From positions 1 to 64,000 of the forward strand of contig BTVY01000010.1 in assembly GCA_045863335.1 (NCBI GenBank): a DNA stretch of 64,000 nt, written 5' to 3'. Made by a program: the position numbers and the translations under genes. This document shows positions 1 to 8,619 of this stretch, piece after piece. The notes beneath the pieces are model-generated. The model was not told the origin of the DNA and searched no databases. It saw nothing but the letters and a program-made list of their open reading frames with translations. How positions within the stretch are numbered: position 1 is the first letter of the stretch; every line of letters starts with the position of its first letter. This stretch comes from Candidatus Hydrogenedentota bacterium. Its GTDB lineage: Bacteria > Hydrogenedentota > Hydrogenedentia > Hydrogenedentales > SLHB01.

Positions 1-52
1 AGAGGACATTTCTAATGAGTTCAAAAGAGGACATTATCAGCAAGTTTTGACA
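1..52. mobile_element. Probable terminal end of an IS481/ISNCY-like insertion sequence (element continues outside the window)
   Basis: AT-rich tract with direct repeat AGAGGACATT at 1-10 and 26-35, ending in TTTTGACA at 52 (5'-TGTCA on the minus strand). Repeated GGACATT boxes plus a TGT terminus resemble IS481/ISNCY ends; no transposase is visible in the window. Confidence 0.5.
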
Positions 53-783
53 GGATTGGCGCAGATGCTGTCGGGGAGCGATATCCCGTAGCCCCGCAAT
101 GCCTTCTCTGCCGCACCGGCCCAATCGCGGTTGGCGGCGGGACTGGCGGGGCTGGGATGGAGGATTCGTCCGATGGTGTGCCCGCCATCGCCGAGGGCCT
201 CGCGGATTCGGCCTTCCGCGAAGGCGCCCACGCCGAGGACGTACCTTGGTTGTAGCTCGGCAACGATCCCGCGCAAAGCTTCGTCGCAGGCCGCGAAAAC
301 GGGGTCGGCTTCGCTCTTCGGCAGCTTGTCCGGCGTGCGATTGCGTCCGCTCTCTTCCATGAAACAGAGGGGGCAGTAGTTGGCCACGAAGAACCGCTCA
401 AAGAACCTGCCGGGGGTTCCGAAGCGGTCGCGCGCCCAGCCCCAGAGCCGCGTGCCACTGACTTCGCTGCGGGGGCATTTGAAGCCCTCAATCGGACGTT
501 TGGGGTGAACTTTCGCGGGTTTCTGGACCGGCGCCTCGATGCCCATCCAGTCCCGCACCATGGCGACGTCTCCGAAAGGCACGCCGGTCTGGGCCATGCC
601 GAAGGGGCCAGGGTTCATGCCAACGAGGAGGATTTCCTTCCTGCCGCGGCCATAGCGCTCCAAGTATTCCGCATGGGAGTCCCACGCGTACTCCAACGGA
701 TTGTAGACGTACGCCGTCGGTGGCGCGAAGCGCAATGGTTTCAAGGCCTTAACGAGATCGCGGGATACGTCTTGCAGTGCCAT
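37..783 (-). CDS. SMUG1-type (family 3) single-strand-selective uracil-DNA glycosylase
   Basis: Motifs GMNPGPFGMAQTGVPFGD, EVSG, NYCPL, RNRTPD and HPSPAS are typical of SMUG1. Start set at ATG 783 (MALQDV), because the upstream extension overlaps the next gene. Confidence 0.9.
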   Translation of the reverse strand: MALQDVSRDLVKALKPLRFAPPTAYVYNPLEYAWDSHAEYLERYGRGRKEILLVGMNPGPFGMAQTGVPFGDVAMVRDWMGIEAPVQKPAKVHPKRPIEGFKCPRSEVSGTRLWGWARDRFGTPGRFFERFFVANYCPLCFMEESGRNRTPDKLPKSEADPVFAACDEALRGIVAELQPRYVLGVGAFAEGRIREALGDGGHTIGRILHPSPASPAANRDWAGAAEKALRGYGISLPDSICANPVKTC

Positions 784-823
784 GAAGGGGAGTCTAGCAA
801 ATCGGGCCGGTCCGGGCGAGCCG

Positions 824-1795
824 CTACGTCTCCAACTCCATGCGGTCGTACATGCGTTTGATGGCCCAGACTTCTTTGACGAGGTCGTCGGCGTGGTCCT
901 GATCGACGGCGGCGAGCTTGCGGCATTGGTCGAAGGCCCGGTCGAACTGGCGCTGCTCGACTTTGACGTAGACCGAGAGCATGAGTGATTCGGGGTGATT
1001 GGGATGGGCTGCCAAGGTATCGGAAAGCAGCGAATCCGCACGGCCGACTTCACCCCGGTTGTAGCTTTTCACGGCGGCCCGGAACGACTTGGGGCTGCCC
1101 AAACTGCGCAGCGCGACGAGCCCGTACTGGCCGCCGTAGAACAGGGGCGGCACGAGCAGGAACAGCACGAGCATGGGCATTTCGAGGTACCCGGCGAGAA
1201 TGCTGACCGGCAAGTACAAGATCACGCTGTAGAGGAGCCCTTTGGCGAGTACCGCGCGCAGGGGGCGCAGGCGGTACCAGGTGTGGCTCGTCTGGATGGG
1301 GTACGGCGCGACATCCTCAATGCGGGACCGCAGGCTGTTGAGCCGATCGAGGAGAGCGTCCAGTTCCGGTTCGCGCGTGGGCACGTGCCAGAACTCGATG
1401 TGCATGGCGCGCGGGTCCGATTCCACGCTCAAGATGGTCGTGCGGCCCCGTTGAAGCACGCGGTACAGGAAATAGAGATTCACTCCAAGACAGAGCAGCG
1501 CCGGAACCACAGCGGCCGCCGCTTGAATGGTTGCGCCGCGGGTGGCTTCAACGGTGATTGCCGAGCAGAGACTGATGAAGAGCGCGCCGGCCAATAGCAT
1601 ACCGAGCAAGTAGTTGGTGTTGTACCGGAATCGGGAGGAAACCGTGATCCACTCGACCGGAATAAACACGGACGCGCTGCCCGCCCAGCCCTTCTGGTGA
1701 AAGATCAGTACGGTACCCCGCAGCTCCAGCGACGCCTGGCGAGGCCCGCCGACGGGTCGTATGGGGGCGCTTATGGTATTGGCGTCGGTCATCAA
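824..1795 (-). CDS. Membrane protein with C-terminal tetratricopeptide-like repeats
   Basis: 323 aa with two pairs of hydrophobic helices and a C-terminal TPR-like segment (AVKSYNRGEVGRA...HPNHPES...QRQFDRA). Confidence 0.6.
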   Translation of the reverse strand: MMTDANTISAPIRPVGGPRQASLELRGTVLIFHQKGWAGSASVFIPVEWITVSSRFRYNTNYLLGMLLAGALFISLCSAITVEATRGATIQAAAAVVPALLCLGVNLYFLYRVLQRGRTTILSVESDPRAMHIEFWHVPTREPELDALLDRLNSLRSRIEDVAPYPIQTSHTWYRLRPLRAVLAKGLLYSVILYLPVSILAGYLEMPMLVLFLLVPPLFYGGQYGLVALRSLGSPKSFRAAVKSYNRGEVGRADSLLSDTLAAHPNHPESLMLSVYVKVEQRQFDRAFDQCRKLAAVDQDHADDLVKEVWAIKRMYDRMELET

Positions 1796-1931
1796 AATCC
1801 TCTTCGCCCGGCAGCACGCTTCAGTATACGCCTCCGCCGCGCCGCTATTCCATTAAGGGGTAAACAACCGATTGACCGGAGATTCATTCTCTGAAATACT
1901 GAATCGTCTTAACTCATGGAGGCGCAAGGCT

Positions 1932-3080
1932 GTGAAACCGCTTACGACCCACCAAATCTTTCTGACGTTCAGCGCTATTACCGCGATTATGCTCATTCCA
2001 TCCTGCACGGGTGCGGCTGGTCCCATGGACGGCATGCACCTGGACATGATCAAAATGCCTCCTGGCTTCACGATCAGCATGTACGCGGAGGACGTGCCGA
2101 ACGCGCGGTCCATGGTGCTGAGTCCCGGCGGCATCCTCTTCGTTGGGTCGCGTGAAGACGGCAATGGACAGGTCTATGCCATTGTGGACGAGAACAAGGA
2201 CAACAAGGCCGACGAGGTCGTGGTCATCGCGAGCGGCCTGACCCAGCCCAATGGCGTGGCCTTCCGCGACGGCTCCTTGTACGTGGCGGAGATCAGCCGG
2301 ATTATCCGGTTCGATAACATCGAGACGACCTTCCGGAATAGCCCGAGCTACACGGTCGTAGACGACACGTTTCCGACGGACACCCATCACGGGTGGAAGT
2401 TCATCGCCTTCGGGCCCGACGACAAGCTTTATGTGCCGGTGGGCGCGCCGTGCAACATCTGCCTGCGCGACGACAATCCCATTTACGCGAGCATCACGCG
2501 GATGGACCCCGACGGATCGAACCGCGAGATCTACGCCGAAGGCATCCGGAACACAGTTGGTTTCGCGTGGCATCCGGACACCAGCGAACTCTGGTTTACC
2601 GACAATGGCCGTGACTGGCTCGGCGACGATGTTCCGCCCGACGAGCTGAACCGCGCGCCGCAATCCGGGATGCACTTTGGATTCCCCCACTGGCACGGGC
2701 TGGATACCCCCGATCCCCAGTACGGTTCAGGCCACACGGCGTCGGACTTCACCTTGCCCGTGCAGGAACTGGGCCCCCACGTGGCGGCCTTGGGCATGCG
2801 CTTCTACACCGGGTCGATGTTCCCGGCGGAATACCAGAAACAGATCTTCATCGCCGAACACGGCTCGTGGAACCGCAGCACTCCCATCGGCTACCGCGTC
2901 ATGCTCGTGCGCCTGAACGGCAATCAGGCTACGTCCTACGAAGTCTTCGCGGAAGGCTGGTTGCAGGACAATGGGAACGCCTGGGGGCGTCCCGTGGACG
3001 TGCTCGTGATGCCAGATGGATCGATACTCGTTTCCGACGACCGGGCGAACGCTATCTACCGGATTACTTACAGCGGGTAA
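1932..3080 (+). CDS. PQQ-dependent sugar/sorbosone dehydrogenase family protein (exported)
   Basis: Motifs HHGWKFIAFGPD, GAPCN, GIRNTVG, DNGRD, PPDELN, HGSWNR and GRPVDV. GTG start at 1932 after GGAGG, followed by a signal-like N-terminus. Confidence 0.85.
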   Translation: MKPLTTHQIFLTFSAITAIMLIPSCTGAAGPMDGMHLDMIKMPPGFTISMYAEDVPNARSMVLSPGGILFVGSREDGNGQVYAIVDENKDNKADEVVVIASGLTQPNGVAFRDGSLYVAEISRIIRFDNIETTFRNSPSYTVVDDTFPTDTHHGWKFIAFGPDDKLYVPVGAPCNICLRDDNPIYASITRMDPDGSNREIYAEGIRNTVGFAWHPDTSELWFTDNGRDWLGDDVPPDELNRAPQSGMHFGFPHWHGLDTPDPQYGSGHTASDFTLPVQELGPHVAALGMRFYTGSMFPAEYQKQIFIAEHGSWNRSTPIGYRVMLVRLNGNQATSYEVFAEGWLQDNGNAWGRPVDVLVMPDGSILVSDDRANAIYRITYSG

Positions 3081-3115
3081 TGGACGGGATGGACTGTATG
3101 GACGATATGGACCGA
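3080..3115 (+). repeat. Tandem 9-bp repeat ATGGACnnn x4
   Basis: atggacggg atggactgt atggacgat atggaccga in the intergenic spacer. Confidence 0.75.
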
Positions 3116-3138
3116 TTTGCACGGCGTCCGCCGAGTTT

Positions 3139-4602
3139 ATGAAAAGGGTTTTCAGCGCGGTTGCACTGCTCGTATTGCTGCTGTCCGGGGTGGTGTTGTA
3201 TCGCGGTGCGACGTTCAAGTCGGTTCAGGTACCTTCCACGTCCATGGGGCCGATAAGCGTCGAGGTGCCGCAGGCCGCGGAACACCTCGCCGAATCCTTG
3301 CGCTTCGAGACCATTTCCTACGGCGTGCAGGCACCTTTGAGCAAGGACGCCTTCGAGTCGTTCCACGCGTATCTCGAAACGACCTACCCGAAGGTCCACA
3401 CTACGCTAAATCGCGAAATCGCCGGCGGGTTCAGCCTGCTTTACACGTGGCGCGGCAGCGATCCCGCGCTCAAACCGTTGCTGATCATGGGCCACTTCGA
3501 CGTGGTGCCGGTGCCGCCGGACACGCTCGCAGACTGGGAGCACCCGCCTTTCGCCGGCGAAATTGTCGATGGGGTAATCTGGGGCCGGGGCGCCCTCGAC
3601 GACAAGGTCAATGTCATCGGCGCGATGGAAGCGGTCGAGTGGATGATCGGCGAGGGCTTCCAACCGCGGCGCACGCTGTACCTCGCCTTCGGCCACGACG
3701 AAGAAGTCGGGGGCGCACAAGGCGCGGTGAAGATCGCGGCATTGTTGAAGGAGCGCGGCGTCGAACTCGAATGTGTCGTCGACGAGGGCGGTTCCATCAT
3801 CGCGGACACGATGCCGGGCGTCGAGGCGCCGGTCGCCCTGATTGGCATTGCGGAGAAGGGCTATCTGACGCTTACGCTGTCGGTTGAGCAGTCGGGCGGC
3901 CATTCCTCCATGCCGCCAAACCAGAGCGCCATCGGGATTCTCGCCGCGGCCGTCGCGCGATTGGAAGCGAACCCGTTCCCCGCGAAACTCGGGGGACCAT
4001 CCCTCGAAATGTTTGCGACTTTCGGTCCGGAAATGCCCTTCGCGCAACGCGTCGTCTTCGCCAATCTCTGGTTGACCAAACCGCTCGTCATGCGCTTGCT
4101 CAGCCAATCCCCCGAAACCAATGCCATGTTGCGCACGACCACCGCGGTCACCATGATGAACGGCGGCGTGAAAGACAACGTGCTGCCTACCGAAGCGTCC
4201 GCCACCGTCAACTTCCGTATCATGCCTGGCGAAACCACGGAGTCCGTCGTCGGGCGCGTGCGCGAGATCGTGAACGACGAACGGGTTCACATCGAGGCCG
4301 CAGACAAATCGTCGCACGACCCCAGCATCGTTTCGGACACGGACGCGCCGGCCTTCGGTACGCTCGAGAAGACGATTCGCCAGGTCTGCCCCGACGTCCT
4401 GGTGGGACCCTATCTCGTGCTCGGCGCGACCGACGCCCGCCACTACGAGATCCTTACGACGAACATCTACCGCTTCACGCCCATCCGGCTCGGCAAAGGC
4501 GACACGGCCATGCTGCACGGCGCCAACGAACGCATCCGCGTCGACAACTTCGGCGAAGTCTGCCGCTTCTACGTCCAACTGATTCGCAATTTCAATACGT
4601 AG
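3139..4602 (+). CDS. M20 family metallopeptidase/amidohydrolase (carboxypeptidase S / PM20D1-like)
   Basis: Motifs [43 protein letters not shown] and HGANER, with an N-terminal membrane anchor. Confidence 0.9.
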   Translation: MKRVFSAVALLVLLLSGVVLYRGATFKSVQVPSTSMGPISVEVPQAAEHLAESLRFETISYGVQAPLSKDAFESFHAYLETTYPKVHTTLNREIAGGFSLLYTWRGSDPALKPLLIMGHFDVVPVPPDTLADWEHPPFAGEIVDGVIWGRGALDDKVNVIGAMEAVEWMIGEGFQPRRTLYLAFGHDEEVGGAQGAVKIAALLKERGVELECVVDEGGSIIADTMPGVEAPVALIGIAEKGYLTLTLSVEQSGGHSSMPPNQSAIGILAAAVARLEANPFPAKLGGPSLEMFATFGPEMPFAQRVVFANLWLTKPLVMRLLSQSPETNAMLRTTTAVTMMNGGVKDNVLPTEASATVNFRIMPGETTESVVGRVREIVNDERVHIEAADKSSHDPSIVSDTDAPAFGTLEKTIRQVCPDVLVGPYLVLGATDARHYEILTTNIYRFTPIRLGKGDTAMLHGANERIRVDNFGEVCRFYVQLIRNFNT

Positions 4603-4678
4603 CCGTCGCCACTTCCCGCAGGTACAGCGGCATTCCTCCGTGGCCTCATTTCCCCCCCAATTCTTTCCCCGCAACCAC

Positions 4679-4707
4679 TTGACATCTCGCCGGGCGAGTA
4701 TTACGAT
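4679..4707 (+). promoter_or_regulatory. Sigma70-type promoter for the DUF1559 gene
   Basis: TTGACA (4679-4684), 17-bp spacer, TACGAT (4702-4707). Confidence 0.75.
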
Positions 4708-4724
4708 TGTGCAATTCGTAATAC
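4698..4724. promoter_or_regulatory. Palindromic operator GTATTAC-N13-GTAATAC (NikR-type) overlapping the -10 box
   Basis: Perfect 9-bp arms GTATTACGA/TCGTAATAC. The geometry matches the GT(A/G)TTAC-N13-GTAA(T/C)AC class of NikR sites. Confidence 0.65.
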
Positions 4725-4750
4725 CGGGGGACATATCAAGGAGAGAACCC

Positions 4751-5734
4751 ATGGGCCGCGCTTTACTGGACCGCCGGGGATTCACCCTTATCGAACTACT
4801 CGTCGTCATCGCCATCATCGGCATTCTTGCCGCCATTCTTTTGCCCGCTCTGGCTCGCGCGCGGGAGGCGGCGCGCCGCGCGTCCTGTGCCAACAACCTC
4901 AAGCAGTTCGGCCTCGTCTTCGCCATGTATGGCGGCGAGAACGATGGCGTCTTCCCCAGTTTGCCGCCCTTCGCGAACCCCGGCGGCGTTCCCATCTTCG
5001 CGGCGCCCGATCCGTTGGCCGTCTATCCCGAGTACCTCACCGATCTCAACATCTCCAAATGCCCCTCGGATTCAGGCGGAGACGGCGCGGGCGCCATGGT
5101 GGTGGACCGGTTGCCTTCGGGCGCGATCGAAGACCACATCGAAGCGGCCCGCGCAGCCGGGGACCGCACAAGTGAGCGCTATTTCCTGGCGGCCTTCCTG
5201 GGCCGCTCGTACTGGTACCACGGTTTCGCGATGACCGACGTGGACGAGTTCTACGGCGTGTGGAACGCGACCGGGACAACCGCGTCCAGCGGCGCGGTGA
5301 TCGCCCCCGGCACCATCGTGGGTACGGTGCCCGTGACCATGCCGATCACGCCCAAAGACTGGAGCGGCGATCTCGATGTCGATATGAAGCTCGCCTGGAC
5401 CGCCATTCTCGGCACCGGGTACGCCAACGGCGATACGGCCATGCGGCTGCGCGACGGAATCGAACGCTTTGCCATCACGGACATCAACAACCCCGCTGCG
5501 GGCGCGGTTGCCCAGAGCGAAATGGTCGTCCTTTTCGACACCTACGGAAACTTCGCCGATTCGTCGATGGCGGCGGGCGGCATCGTCTTCAACCACCTGC
5601 CGGGTGGCTGCAACGTGTTGTACATGGACGGGCGCGTCAAGTTCATCCGCTATCCGAACGAGTTCCCGGTGATAACGGATGAATCGCACGGAAATGGCAT
5701 TCCGCGACAAGTTGGCCACTATGGCCTTCAATAG
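4751..5734 (+). CDS. DUF1559 prepilin-type N-terminal cleavage/methylation domain protein with H-X9-DG motif
   Basis: [49 protein letters not shown] and [26 protein letters not shown] precedes ATG 4751. Confidence 0.92.
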   Translation: MGRALLDRRGFTLIELLVVIAIIGILAAILLPALARAREAARRASCANNLKQFGLVFAMYGGENDGVFPSLPPFANPGGVPIFAAPDPLAVYPEYLTDLNISKCPSDSGGDGAGAMVVDRLPSGAIEDHIEAARAAGDRTSERYFLAAFLGRSYWYHGFAMTDVDEFYGVWNATGTTASSGAVIAPGTIVGTVPVTMPITPKDWSGDLDVDMKLAWTAILGTGYANGDTAMRLRDGIERFAITDINNPAAGAVAQSEMVVLFDTYGNFADSSMAAGGIVFNHLPGGCNVLYMDGRVKFIRYPNEFPVITDESHGNGIPRQVGHYGLQ

Positions 5735-5750
5735 ATGAGGAACAACAACG

Positions 5751-6431
5751 ATGAACGCGAAAGCCTCCTGGTTTGCTTTGACAGTGGTTGCTACGACGCT
5801 ACTCTTCGCGCTGGCAGCATGGGCGCACGATCTCGGCGCCGGTGCAGATGCGAATGGCAAACGCCCCATGCGCGTCTTGCTGGCGTTGCCACAGGACGCT
5901 GTGATCTACAACGCAGACGCCGCCGCGCTGATCCGCGAAGGCGTGCCCGAGAAATTCGGCACGGAAGAGTGGACTGCCATTGTGCTGACACACGAATTCC
6001 ATCAGCACGTCGGCATTTACACACTCCTCGGCGCCAAGATGGCCGTCCGCGCGCGAGAACTCCTCGGCGCGCCCATGCGTGCCGTCGAGGTCACTGCGGA
6101 GACCACGCGTCAACAACCTTTCGCGTGCATGATTGACGGGCTTCAAGTCGGTTTGGGAAGCACGCTGGGACAAAATCTCATCGAAGTCCCCGAAGGCGGC
6201 ACACCGGCCGTCGCCGCGCGGTTCTATTTTGGCGGGCATACCATCCGGCTGAGCCTGAAGCCTGAGTATTCGGAACGCCTCGCGGCGATCATCTCCGATG
6301 CCCGCGCAGCCCATGGCGACTTGACTCCGGCGTACTTCGAGGCTGTCGAGAAGGCGTCCTACGGCGTATGGAAGGATTTCGATCGCAAGGAGATTTTTGA
6401 AGTGGAGGACCTTCCTCAAGCGAAGGAGTGA
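5751..6431 (+). CDS. Exported FmdE-family (formylmethanofuran dehydrogenase subunit E-like) putative metal-binding protein
   Basis: FHQHVGIYTLLGAKMA and CMIDGLQVGLGSTLG match the FmdE HxH...CxxDG signature. Signal peptide ending AWA; starts 16 bp after the DUF1559 gene. Confidence 0.7.
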   Translation: MNAKASWFALTVVATTLLFALAAWAHDLGAGADANGKRPMRVLLALPQDAVIYNADAAALIREGVPEKFGTEEWTAIVLTHEFHQHVGIYTLLGAKMAVRARELLGAPMRAVEVTAETTRQQPFACMIDGLQVGLGSTLGQNLIEVPEGGTPAVAARFYFGGHTIRLSLKPEYSERLAAIISDARAAHGDLTPAYFEAVEKASYGVWKDFDRKEIFEVEDLPQAKE

Positions 6432-6539
6432 AGCCGAACATCGCTGTCCCCATTTTCCCGGCAATAATCGAGTTGTGTTGGATCACCACATACGATTCGG
6501 CTAACGTGATGTTCATCCTAATCCCGGGAGGAGTTGCCC

Positions 6540-7451
6540 ATGCCCTGGTCCACGGAAGCGACATCGCTCGAACAACCGGTTCCCCCGGAACTGGCCGGCG
6601 AACTGCGTGACAGCACGCCGTTACGCAACGACGGTGACGCGCTGCGCGCGCGGCTTGCCGACGACGGCTACGTTTTCCTGCGCGGCGCATTGAACCGCGA
6701 CGACGTACTCGCAGCACGGGAAGAAGTCTTCTCGCGCCTGGTCGAAGTCGGGGAAGTGCGGGAACCGGCCATCGACGGGATCGCCACGGGCGTCAGCCGT
6801 CGCGAGGCGTTGCAGCCCGACCTCGGCGCCTTCTGGAAGAGCGTGTGTAACGGACCCAAGCTGCGCCGCGTCACGCATGCCGGCCCCATGCTGGACCTCA
6901 TGGCGACCGTTCTGGAGGGTCCCGTTCGCCCCTTCGACTTTCTCTGGCTGCGCCCGGTCCCACCGGGCCGTGCGTCCGCTTTCCACTACGACCACGTCTA
7001 CATGAATCGCGGCACCGACACTCTTTACACCGTCTGGACGCCCTTGGGCGACGTGCCCATTGAAGACGGACCCATCCTGCTCATGGAAGGCTCCCATCGC
7101 TGGAATGATCTCATCGATCAGTATCGCGGCTTCGACGTGGACAAGGACAAGAGCCGCCCGGGTCATGTTACGATGGAACCGGTGACGCTGGCGCAGGAGC
7201 GCGGGTGCCGTTTGTTGACGACCGACTTCCGCGCTGGGGACGTGTTGATCATGTCCATGTTCATCCTGCACGGGTCGCTGGACAACCGCTCGCCGGAAGG
7301 GCGGCTCCGGCTCTCTTGCGACACGCGGTACCAGCGCGCCGGCGATCCCATCGACGAACGCTGGATTGGCGACAACCCCATCGGCCATGGCCAGGGCTAC
7401 GGCGGCGTCGGCGGCGCACAACCCATCACGGCGGCGCCTATCCGGCGATAG
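6540..7451 (+). CDS. Phytanoyl-CoA dioxygenase family (PhyH) Fe(II)/2-oxoglutarate oxygenase
   Basis: Motifs DGYVFLRG, HYD, WTPLGD, EGSH, GDVLI, HGS and RLSCDTRY. RBS GGAGGAG. Confidence 0.85.
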   Translation: MPWSTEATSLEQPVPPELAGELRDSTPLRNDGDALRARLADDGYVFLRGALNRDDVLAAREEVFSRLVEVGEVREPAIDGIATGVSRREALQPDLGAFWKSVCNGPKLRRVTHAGPMLDLMATVLEGPVRPFDFLWLRPVPPGRASAFHYDHVYMNRGTDTLYTVWTPLGDVPIEDGPILLMEGSHRWNDLIDQYRGFDVDKDKSRPGHVTMEPVTLAQERGCRLLTTDFRAGDVLIMSMFILHGSLDNRSPEGRLRLSCDTRYQRAGDPIDERWIGDNPIGHGQGYGGVGGAQPITAAPIRR

Positions 7452-7553
7452 TACGTACGAAATCCGATACAAATCCTCATGACCGAAGACCGGATGTGCG
7501 GCGGTCCATTCGGGTAGAACATACAACCCGCGGTCAACAGATCTCGGAGGTCT

Positions 7554-8606
7554 ATGCTCGTGCGAAAATCTCTTCACGATCAACGAACATCACTTGTACT
7601 CCTCTTCATGGTCGCCGTTGCCGTCACCGGATGCACCGGCGGAAGCGGCAAAAACCTGACGGCCGACCTTGAAGGCCGCCGGGTTGAATGGTTTGACGTA
7701 GACGGCAGCTGGGCGGCCTATCGGTGGACGCCCAACAACGCGCAGTCGACGCCACAGGCGGTCGTCCTTCGGGAGTTGGGTTCTGGCGCAGAAACGGAGA
7801 TTGAGTCCGGCGGCAACTACGGCAGCGTCGCCATCGACGGCGGTATTGTGGCCTACGTGAAACGCGGCGGCGATCCCGGTTCGATTGTCGCGTACACGGC
7901 GAGCAGCGGCACGTCGGAAACCATTGCGACCGGACGGGTCGATTCCGTGGACGCCGGCGCAGGCCGCGCCGTTTGGGAAGACGCCGAAACCGGCCTCGCC
8001 ATGATTGGCAGTCTGGCGGGCGGCGGCGGCGCTGCGATGGATTCGGCAGAAAATGTGACCGACATCATGCCGCGCATTGGCGCCACGCATGCCGTGTGGG
8101 TGCGCAATGATCGGGCGGCGAACGAACACCGCTTGATGGTCTACGACGTTGCCTCCGGGTCTGCCTCACCCACCGACATCACGTCGACAAGCCGGTTCAC
8201 GGCCGACGTGTCCGGCACCAAGGTCGTATATTGCATTTTCGGTGAACCGGAAGACGCTATCCATGTCTACGACATTGCAACACGGTCGGATCAGGTGATT
8301 GCAACCGGTTCACGTATGGTCGATACGCCGCGCATCGAAGGCAACTACGTGGTCTGGCTCGAGCACATCCCCAAGGAAGAGTTCGGCGGCGTGGCGGGGC
8401 AGCCACTCTACGACGAGCGCGATTTCCGCAACCTCATGCGCCACGATCTATCGGCGGGCAGCACGAAAGAACTCGCGCACAATGTCTTCGGACTGCGCGA
8501 TCCGTTGCCTGTTGCCGATGGAATGGTTTACGCCCGCGCACCCCGAGCGATTACGCCGCCCGGTCAATCCAACACCAGCGATTTGATCGATATCCGCGCA
8601 TTTTAG
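7554..8606 (+). CDS. Lipoprotein with TolB-like beta-propeller repeats
   Basis: Lipobox AVTGC; repeated blades such as PRIGATHAVW, PRIEGNYVVW and IHVYDIAT. Confidence 0.6.
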   Translation: MLVRKSLHDQRTSLVLLFMVAVAVTGCTGGSGKNLTADLEGRRVEWFDVDGSWAAYRWTPNNAQSTPQAVVLRELGSGAETEIESGGNYGSVAIDGGIVAYVKRGGDPGSIVAYTASSGTSETIATGRVDSVDAGAGRAVWEDAETGLAMIGSLAGGGGAAMDSAENVTDIMPRIGATHAVWVRNDRAANEHRLMVYDVASGSASPTDITSTSRFTADVSGTKVVYCIFGEPEDAIHVYDIATRSDQVIATGSRMVDTPRIEGNYVVWLEHIPKEEFGGVAGQPLYDERDFRNLMRHDLSAGSTKELAHNVFGLRDPLPVADGMVYARAPRAITPPGQSNTSDLIDIRAF

Positions 8607-8619
8607 TACCCGCGATCCG

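Noticed and set aside
6466-6497. Imperfect palindrome upstream of the PhyH gene
   Set aside because: Too degenerate to call an operator without comparative data.
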